DNA of 12,767 bases, from assembly GCA_016840425.1 (NCBI GenBank), contig JAEOSI010000040.1:1-12767 (forward strand), given 5' to 3'. Below the pieces are notes generated by a model that saw nothing but the letters and a program-made list of their open reading frames with translations, made no database searches and had not been told where the DNA came from. The translations under genes and the position numbers were made by a program. Origin of the DNA: Candidatus Wukongarchaeum yapensis. GTDB taxonomy: Archaea; Asgardarchaeota; Wukongarchaeia; Wukongarchaeales; Wukongarchaeaceae. Positions 6,825 to 12,767 of the stretch are shown here, in pieces; within the stretch, counting starts at the first letter, position 1; every line of letters begins with the position of its first letter.

Positions 6825-7085
6825 TTAGGTGTATAATAGTTTTCTCATTGGGTCGTTTGCTTCCATTCTTTTTATGTGGTATTCAAGAATTTTTCGTATT
6901 TTTTTAAGGGTTAAAACTTTTTCTTCTAAAGTGCGTTCTTTTCCATAGCCAAACTCTTCTTTTAAGAAGGTTTCAACCTGTTTTTCAGCCAATTCTTTTA
7001 AATGTTCTTTAATCTCTTTTTCAAGCTCTTCTATCTGTTTTCTTAGTTTTTCTTCTTTTTCTTTTACCGTTTTTTTGACCTCCAA
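6825..7085 (-). CDS. Hypothetical 86-aa charged coiled-coil/helical hairpin protein
   Basis: TTG start with AAAGGA upstream; heptad-like EKEEKLRKQIEELEKEIKEHLKELAEK; no family recognised. Confidence 0.68.
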   Translation of the reverse strand: MEVKKTVKEKEEKLRKQIEELEKEIKEHLKELAEKQVETFLKEEFGYGKERTLEEKVLTLKKIRKILEYHIKRMEANDPMRKLLYT

Positions 7086-7151
7086 CAGATTCCTTTTTGA
7101 TTTGAAAATTTAAATGAATAGCCTTGAATTATTTTTACCGGTTTTAATCCT

Positions 7152-7215
7152 GTTCTATGATGTTACGGGACTTTGCTAACCTCAGAACTATTAGAGGCGC
7201 AGGATCGCCTATAAT
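7152..7215. other. Two adjacent imperfect hairpins/palindromes in an intergenic region
   Basis: GTTC..TGA.GTTA / TAAC.TCAGAAC (7152-7188), and ATTAGAGGCG-CAGGAT-CGCCTATAAT (7190-7215, 9/10 paired). Confidence 0.4.
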
Positions 7216-7266
7216 GTTTAATATTTTCAAGTATGCTTCTGCCATTGTTTTTTCGAATGTTTTTAA

Positions 7267-7632
7267 TTATTCAGGGGTTAGTTCTTCTATAAATCCATAA
7301 AAATTAACAGCAACACGTTTACAACAAGAGACTGGTATTGTTTTTGAATGGATTTCTTCTAGAGGGCAATTTTTTATTTTAAGAAGATCCAACTCCCTGT
7401 TTGCTTCTATTTTGTCCCTAATAAACCAGTTCTCAAATTCGTCTTTTCCTATGTGTTTCTGTTCCATGTCTTCTAAGCTTTCTCTTAATTTTTCTTTTAT
7501 CGCGTCCTCTCCCTCTGCTAAACCGTAATTTTCGAAATATTCTACTATTTCGCTGAAATTTTTAGGATCATGAGTTGAAAGTATTTGGAGAATTGATGCT
7601 CCCATTTTCTCTTTAGTAAGGCTCGAACTCAT
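7267..7632 (-). CDS. Hypothetical 121-aa protein, probable N-terminal winged helix-turn-helix
   Basis: ATG with GGGGT upstream. Three predicted helices (GASILQILST / NFSEIVEYFENYG / AIKEKLRESLEDMEQK) followed by a wing-like HIGKDEFENWFIR, and a Cys-containing tail. Confidence 0.68.
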   Translation of the reverse strand: MSSSLTKEKMGASILQILSTHDPKNFSEIVEYFENYGLAEGEDAIKEKLRESLEDMEQKHIGKDEFENWFIRDKIEANRELDLLKIKNCPLEEIHSKTIPVSCCKRVAVNFYGFIEELTPE

Positions 7633-7765
7633 TATTTCTTTGACCCCTTTACTTTATCAGACGATTGTCTTTTTTTAAAAACTGTTTAAATATATCTTTT
7701 TAAATTAATTTAATGTTTTTTACCTGTTCTAAAATTTTTAAGCTTATTTTGGAAGTGATAAATCA

Positions 7766-8875
7766 ATGGATCAATGGCGTTTAGTAGATGTTGGTATGTT
7801 GCCCAGTTTGGACACACAAACCGTTTATCATGCGGTCGCTTTGGCTAGAAGTGAAGGGATTGTTCCTGATACGTTAATTTTGTGTTATCCAGAAAATCCT
7901 TTCATATGCATTGGTTATCATCAGGTTATCAATTTAGAGGTTGATGTCGACTTCTGTAATTCTCGGGGTATTCCTATCGTTCGTAGGTGTCTTGGGGGAG
8001 GAACTGTTCTTTTGGATAAAAACCAGCTTTTTTACCAAGTTATTGTGGGAAGAGATAATCCTAAGATCCCTCTAGGTGTGAGGGGTTTATTTGAAACTTT
8101 GTTAAGACCCGTTGTTTATGCTTTCCAAAATTTTGGAATACCCGCAGAGTACAAACCTATTAACGATATCGAGGTCGACGGTAAGAAGATTAGCGGTAAT
8201 GGCGCTGGCCTTGTAGAGAAAGCTAACGTCTTAACTGGTAACATGATATTCGACTTTGACTATGATACTATGGTCTCTTGTTTTAAGATCCCTTCTGAGA
8301 AATTTAAAGACAAGTTAGCTACGTCTTTGAGAGAGCGAGTTACGACGATTAAACGAGAGCTTGGAGATAAAACTCCTAGTAGGGAAGTAGCAAAAAAGAC
8401 CCTTATTTCCTGTTTTGAAAAATTTTTAGATATCCAGCTTGTATATTCCGAGCTGACAAGAAAGGAGGGAGAACTGATTAAAGAGTTAAATGAGCAATAT
8501 AACTCTGATGAATGGCTTTTTATGCATGAACATCGTAAACCTAACCTTGCTTCTCCTACAAGAACCTTGAAGATATCCGCCAGGTCAAGAATTGTAGAGA
8601 CTACTTTTAAGGCTCCAGGAGGATTAATTCGAGCTACTTTAGAGATCGATGATAAGAATAAAATAGTCGATGTCCTTGTTTCGGGCGATTTTTGGGTGTA
8701 CCCAAAGGAGGTATTAAAAGAACTTGAAAACACCTTAATAGGTTGTAATATAGACGAAAAAGAAATTTTAAACGCTATTTACCATTTTTATAAAGCAACA
8801 AACGTTAAAACCCCCGGAATGCTCCCAGAACATTTCGCAAAAACAATTCTCTCAACAAAAAATGCAAAAACATAG
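7766..8875 (+). CDS. lplA: Lipoate-protein ligase A with fused C-terminal domain (resembles sLpl(AB)-type)
   Basis: WRLVD, ICIGYHQ, IVRRCLGGGTVLLD, NDIEVDGKKISGNGA (adenylation Lys), and C-terminal KAPGGLIRATLEI...VSGDFWVYP domain. Confidence 0.93.
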   Translation: MDQWRLVDVGMLPSLDTQTVYHAVALARSEGIVPDTLILCYPENPFICIGYHQVINLEVDVDFCNSRGIPIVRRCLGGGTVLLDKNQLFYQVIVGRDNPKIPLGVRGLFETLLRPVVYAFQNFGIPAEYKPINDIEVDGKKISGNGAGLVEKANVLTGNMIFDFDYDTMVSCFKIPSEKFKDKLATSLRERVTTIKRELGDKTPSREVAKKTLISCFEKFLDIQLVYSELTRKEGELIKELNEQYNSDEWLFMHEHRKPNLASPTRTLKISARSRIVETTFKAPGGLIRATLEIDDKNKIVDVLVSGDFWVYPKEVLKELENTLIGCNIDEKEILNAIYHFYKATNVKTPGMLPEHFAKTILSTKNAKT

Positions 8876-9079
8876 CCCAATACGCCCTTATTTCCTATAA
8901 AATAATGGAGAAATATTTTTAGCAGATTAAACCCTAATATAAATGAGAACAACTAAAATAGCAAAGAAGTCCGCAAATCCTTTAAATTTTGACTCCTCCC
9001 CAAATCAATATTACGGAAAGTCAATATTCTTAAAGATAGTGTTTTTTACCTTTCTTAGCTTTTATCAAACAAGGGAGAA

Positions 9080-9748
9080 ATGTTTAGAATGAACATGGAT
9101 GAAAGTTTTTCTGAAAATATTTCTGAAGATTTTATAGATGGAAAAAAATCGAAGGGTAAAGAGGCGGTAATAACCAAAGAAATAATTGAAGGAAGCCTCC
9201 GAGAAATCGATGTAAACCGTTATATTTTTGTAGCATATACTTTTACAGATTCAGAACACGCTGAAGTTTCAGTTGTTAGAAGCTGGCGTGGTTTAGCAAA
9301 AAAAGGTTTAAATCGCATGATTAACGTTCTTTTAGATTTTGGCCATCTTTTAAAAATGATCGCTTTTGATCCTGCAGCAGCAAAAGAAGTTTGCTCCTTC
9401 CCCATACTTGAATTAGGGAGGTTGGGTAAAGAAGAAATATCCCTTTACGAAACAAAGTTTTCTAACGCTCTTCTCGTGTGTTTGTATTATTCCGATATGG
9501 AGCTCGCTTTGGGGGAAGTTCCTGTAACACAAGTACTATACCGCTTTGGCTTGAAAAAACCGATAATTTTTAGCGTTACTTCAGATGTTTCAACAAGCCT
9601 TGTTATAGGTGTTTTAGGGGATGTACCCCAAGGGGATAAGCTAATAAAACTTAAGGAAATCCTTCAGAATTTTATGTTAGCCTTTGAAAGCTGCTTAATA
9701 CCTCGTCATAATATGAAAATCACCCATGTCCTAGACTTAGGCTTTTAA
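9080..9748 (+). CDS. Hypothetical protein, possible divergent Roadblock/longin-like fold (GTPase partner)
   Basis: GGAG RBS; 40 nt upstream of the GTPase. The C-terminal VTQVLYRFGLKKPIIFSVTSDVSTSLVIGVLG...LIKLKEILQNFMLAF has the three-strand-plus-helix pattern of Roadblock proteins. The gene call is firm; the fold call is tentative. Confidence 0.6.
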   Translation: MFRMNMDESFSENISEDFIDGKKSKGKEAVITKEIIEGSLREIDVNRYIFVAYTFTDSEHAEVSVVRSWRGLAKKGLNRMINVLLDFGHLLKMIAFDPAAAKEVCSFPILELGRLGKEEISLYETKFSNALLVCLYYSDMELALGEVPVTQVLYRFGLKKPIIFSVTSDVSTSLVIGVLGDVPQGDKLIKLKEILQNFMLAFESCLIPRHNMKITHVLDLGF

Positions 9749-9788
9749 CAATCTTAATCCCCTCTGTTGGTCTTTGGAGTGAGTTATT

Positions 9789-10325
9789 TTGGTAAATATA
9801 GGCTTGTTAGGTTATAAAAACGTCGGAAAAACAAGCCTGTTTACCCTCTTTAAAGAGACAAAAGGCGTAAAAGTTTTAACTGGTCAGTTTGGCTCATCTA
9901 GAGAAGGTCACACAGTCACCATGGATTTCATAAGGTTCACAAACGAGGGAAAAATGCATTCACTTTTCGGAACGGGGGGGCATGAATGGCGTTTAACCGT
10001 ATACCACCGGAACTATGTTTTAAAAAACGCCGATAATTTCGTTTGTATGTTTGATTTATCGGTCCCATCAGAGCCTCAACTTGAATTTTTTAAAAAACTA
10101 GAGATTTTAGCAAATCCTAAAGGTAAGCTCGTTATCGCCCTTAATAAATACGACTTAGTGAAGGAAGAAAGCGTTTTTGAAACTTTTAAACAAACAATAG
10201 AAGAATCAAGGTTCATAAGCACGATAAAAACTGTCAAAATTTTACCCACTGTAGCAGTTCCTAAAAATGGGTATGAAAAATTCAATGAAAACGCTGTAAA
10301 AGCTGTCCTCCTTCTATGTGACTAA
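9789..10325 (+). CDS. Small GTPase, MglA-like prokaryotic Ras-superfamily group
   Basis: G1 GYKNVGKTS, G2 HTVTMDF, G3 region LFGTGGHE (cf. LFGTPGQ of MglA/CvnD-like GTPases), beta4 FVCMFD, G4 ALNKYD, G5-like PTVA. TTG start with GGAG/GAG upstream. Confidence 0.92.
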   Translation: MVNIGLLGYKNVGKTSLFTLFKETKGVKVLTGQFGSSREGHTVTMDFIRFTNEGKMHSLFGTGGHEWRLTVYHRNYVLKNADNFVCMFDLSVPSEPQLEFFKKLEILANPKGKLVIALNKYDLVKEESVFETFKQTIEESRFISTIKTVKILPTVAVPKNGYEKFNENAVKAVLLLCD

Positions 10326-10469
10326 AAAGTTAAAAACCAAGAGCTTATAAAGGGGCTTAAAAGCAGATCCTAGGGAGGAAAAAATATTACCCTCCATCTC
10401 CATATAATTAAAAAGAATATACTCATCAAATCAAAATATCATAAACTAAAATATAAGAGTAGAAACAAA

Positions 10470-11171
10470 ATGTTTCAAGACGATAAAAGGCTTCGTAAAC
10501 AGGTTTATTTTTATCCATGGTCCATAGCCAAAATAATCCGTCATGTTAGTAGGTTTCCTCATCGTGAAATAGCAGGTTTTCTCATCGGAAAAGTTTCCAA
10601 AGAGGGAGAACTATACATTTTTGATGCAATGAGCGGGAAACATCAAGGTACTAGCACTTCTGTAATATTAGACGAAAGTATAATGGCGCAAATAGCAGAA
10701 GATTTAGAAAAATATGGAGAAGAATTAGCCATTGTAGGATGGTACCACAGTCACCCTGGGCTAGGAGCCCATTTTATGTCAAGTACTGATGTTCAAACCC
10801 AAAAGGTTTATCAATCCTATTTTCCAAAAGCTGTAGCCCTCGTAATCGATCCTGTTCCCTTCAACCGCTCTGGAAACTGGGAAGATATCGATATACATCT
10901 CTACCATGTAGTTAAAGACGCCTATAAAGAAAACCAGGTAGTTTATATAACCGACATAGAGAAAGTTGTTCCCCATCTTGTCCACGCATTAAGCTTTGAA
11001 TTTATCCCTCCTAAACCTTCTCCGGAAAAAGAAGTACCCCAAGAAGAGCTCTACTATCCTACTGAAGTTAAACAAGAAAAAATGGACTATTTCTCCGAAA
11101 TAGTAAACTACTTTTTTGCTTCTGTTATAACAATTATTTCTTTAATCCTGATAATCTTTACAAGCATATGA
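10470..11171 (+). CDS. JAB1/MPN+ (JAMM) metalloprotease, Rpn11-like, with C-terminal transmembrane anchor
   Basis: Catalytic Glu in HREIAGFLIG, IVGWYHSHPGLGAHFMSSTDVQTQ and ALVIDP, followed by a Pro-rich linker and terminal hydrophobic IVNYFFASVITIISLILIIFTSI-stop. Confidence 0.92.
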   Translation: MFQDDKRLRKQVYFYPWSIAKIIRHVSRFPHREIAGFLIGKVSKEGELYIFDAMSGKHQGTSTSVILDESIMAQIAEDLEKYGEELAIVGWYHSHPGLGAHFMSSTDVQTQKVYQSYFPKAVALVIDPVPFNRSGNWEDIDIHLYHVVKDAYKENQVVYITDIEKVVPHLVHALSFEFIPPKPSPEKEVPQEELYYPTEVKQEKMDYFSEIVNYFFASVITIISLILIIFTSI

Positions 11172-11207
11172 AGATTAGACCCTAAAAAAGAAAAGGAAAC
11201 GATAACA

Positions 11208-12728
11208 ATGGTTCAGGAAACCGATAAAAAGTCTTCTAAAAAAGAGGAAACAGGGCAACTTATACCCTTATTTTCTTCCATAAATTTTACGCTATCTCCG
11301 GGAGACTTAAAACATCTTATCAAAAAATTAAGCGGTTTAGGCTTTGAGCAAAATGCCTATGAAGAAGATGGAAAAAGAATAGTTTTAACCCCGAAAGATT
11401 ATAGCACTTTTAAGCTCCTTGATGCAAAAGTTTTAGTAAAGTTTCCCAGGCTATTTGATCCCTTAAACTTTTTGGTAACGTGTTATTCTGGGCAACTCAA
11501 AGTGAAAGAGAACACAGAAGTGTTAAACGTAAATTATCATGGGTCAGTAAATGGTCTTGATGCAAGGAGAATGCTAAGTCTCTCAAACCTTCTTGAATTC
11601 GCAGAATGGCCAAAAGAGCTGGAAAAATGGATCAAAAGTCCGTTAATTTTCTCCGTTTTTTTGTGTAAAAACAAAAAGACTATCAACCAAGTCGTAGAAG
11701 AAAATTTCCCAGACCAGGAAGTACAATGGATCGCAGATGAAGACTCTTCTACGAAAATAGCTTTTTTAGGACAAAGTCCTGGCAAACATGTTTCAGGCTA
11801 CGTGATGACTACTTCGTTCGATGTCTTGCATTTTGGTCCTGATTGGCAGCTAAACGAAGCAACCATGCCTGATTCCATAGTCGTTTTCATAGTGGATAAA
11901 GAACTATATACCAACGCTAAAAGGGATTTAGAAGAGTTCGGTCAGTTCGATTTTGTCAACATAGGCTCCTCAGTAAAACTCTCCTCTCTTCGCGCTTTAG
12001 AAATCATAGAAAAACTTTTACCGTGCATAGTTCTTTTTAACAATCTACTCAAAATTAAGGAAGAGATAATTAACATTCTTGCAGAAACACCTCAATTATA
12101 CGGGGAGGACTATCGTGGCTATCTTGAGGCTCTAATCGCAGTTGATGAAAAACTTTTCACCCTCGACGAACTCTTTCATAACGCCAAAAATGTAGTAAAA
12201 ACCACAATATCTGCTCTAGAAATAAACAGTGTTTCTAACTATTTAAATTCAAATACAGAGGATGGTCAATGGTTAAACGATACTATTAAAGTCCTAACTG
12301 AAAAAGGTTATTTAGGTCTTCTATCTCTCATAGAAGATCTTGTCGACAGCCTAAATAAAGCCAAAGACCTCATACAGAGGAAAATAACCATAGTTAACCT
12401 TCAACTATCTCTAAGACGAGAAAAAATAGAGATCACAGAAAACCGTATTCTACGCGGTATATCCATCATATTTTTGGGAGCAGCAGTAGCCGAAATATTT
12501 TCCCAAATCCTCCCCTCCTTCTTTTCAAGTTTCTGGTTTATTCTAACCGTGAGCTTAGCAGAAGGATTAGGTATCGGCTTACTTCTCTTATGCGGCTTTG
12601 AAATAATGTCTGAAAAATCAAAAGCTATAGACGACAAAAGAAAAATAAGCCACCAACTCATAATCTTTACAACAATCTCCGCATTAATGATCATAATCCC
12701 AATAATCTATATCTTTAGGCGGCTCTAA
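11208..12728 (+). CDS. Membrane protein with large soluble N-domain, long helical stalk and three C-terminal TM helices (CorA-like architecture, no GMN motif)
   Basis: Stalk LIEDLVDSLNKAKDLIQRKITIVNLQLSLRREKIEITENRILRG runs into TM1 ISIIFLGAAVAEIF, then TM2 FWFILTVSLAEGLGIGLLLLCGF and TM3 LIIFTTISALMIIIPIIYIF. The gene call is firm; the family call is weak. Confidence 0.7.
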   Translation: MVQETDKKSSKKEETGQLIPLFSSINFTLSPGDLKHLIKKLSGLGFEQNAYEEDGKRIVLTPKDYSTFKLLDAKVLVKFPRLFDPLNFLVTCYSGQLKVKENTEVLNVNYHGSVNGLDARRMLSLSNLLEFAEWPKELEKWIKSPLIFSVFLCKNKKTINQVVEENFPDQEVQWIADEDSSTKIAFLGQSPGKHVSGYVMTTSFDVLHFGPDWQLNEATMPDSIVVFIVDKELYTNAKRDLEEFGQFDFVNIGSSVKLSSLRALEIIEKLLPCIVLFNNLLKIKEEIINILAETPQLYGEDYRGYLEALIAVDEKLFTLDELFHNAKNVVKTTISALEINSVSNYLNSNTEDGQWLNDTIKVLTEKGYLGLLSLIEDLVDSLNKAKDLIQRKITIVNLQLSLRREKIEITENRILRGISIIFLGAAVAEIFSQILPSFFSSFWFILTVSLAEGLGIGLLLLCGFEIMSEKSKAIDDKRKISHQLIIFTTISALMIIIPIIYIFRRL

Positions 12729-12767
12729 AAGAAATTCTCTTAACAGCACTAAAATATGTTCAATAAA

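Noticed and set aside
7152-7188. Eukaryote-like SECIS (AUGA...GA hairpin)
   Set aside because: UGA pairs canonically with UCA rather than forming a GA quartet, there is no apical AA, and no adjacent in-frame UGA readthrough candidate.
8943-9092. 49-codon ORF between lplA and the 9080 gene
   Set aside because: No Shine-Dalgarno, spans probable promoter DNA, overlaps the next start, and has no motifs.
809-12694. Short antisense or alternate-frame ORFs in the track (809, 2550, 3015, 3254, 4107, 5124, 5686, 5693, 5961, 8260, 9220, 10076, 10779, 11537, 12401)
   Set aside because: All lie within longer genes and have Ser/Phe/Ile-rich shadow composition with no recognisable motifs.

Overview
Archaeal chromosomal segment, most likely from an Asgard archaeon. 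This is an inference from class I LysRS, eL13, two Roadblock-like proteins, an MglA-like small GTPase and an Rpn11-like JAMM protease. The left arm carries a partial Roadblock protein, lysS, a degenerate GNAT, a membrane zinc-ribbon protein, an eL13-HhH fusion, an orphan NfeD and a TIGR00300/ornithine cyclodeaminase-like gene. The centre (6342-7765) holds an unannotated ~233-nt, extensively base-paired plus-strand RNA candidate with a TATA box and oligo-T terminators, plus two small orphan genes. The right arm carries a lipoate ligase and a co-oriented set: Roadblock-like protein, small GTPase, tail-anchored JAMM protease and a CorA-like membrane protein. The best novelty candidates are the structured ncRNA and the GTPase/membrane-JAMM module. 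All folds and family calls were made by eye, with no searches run.
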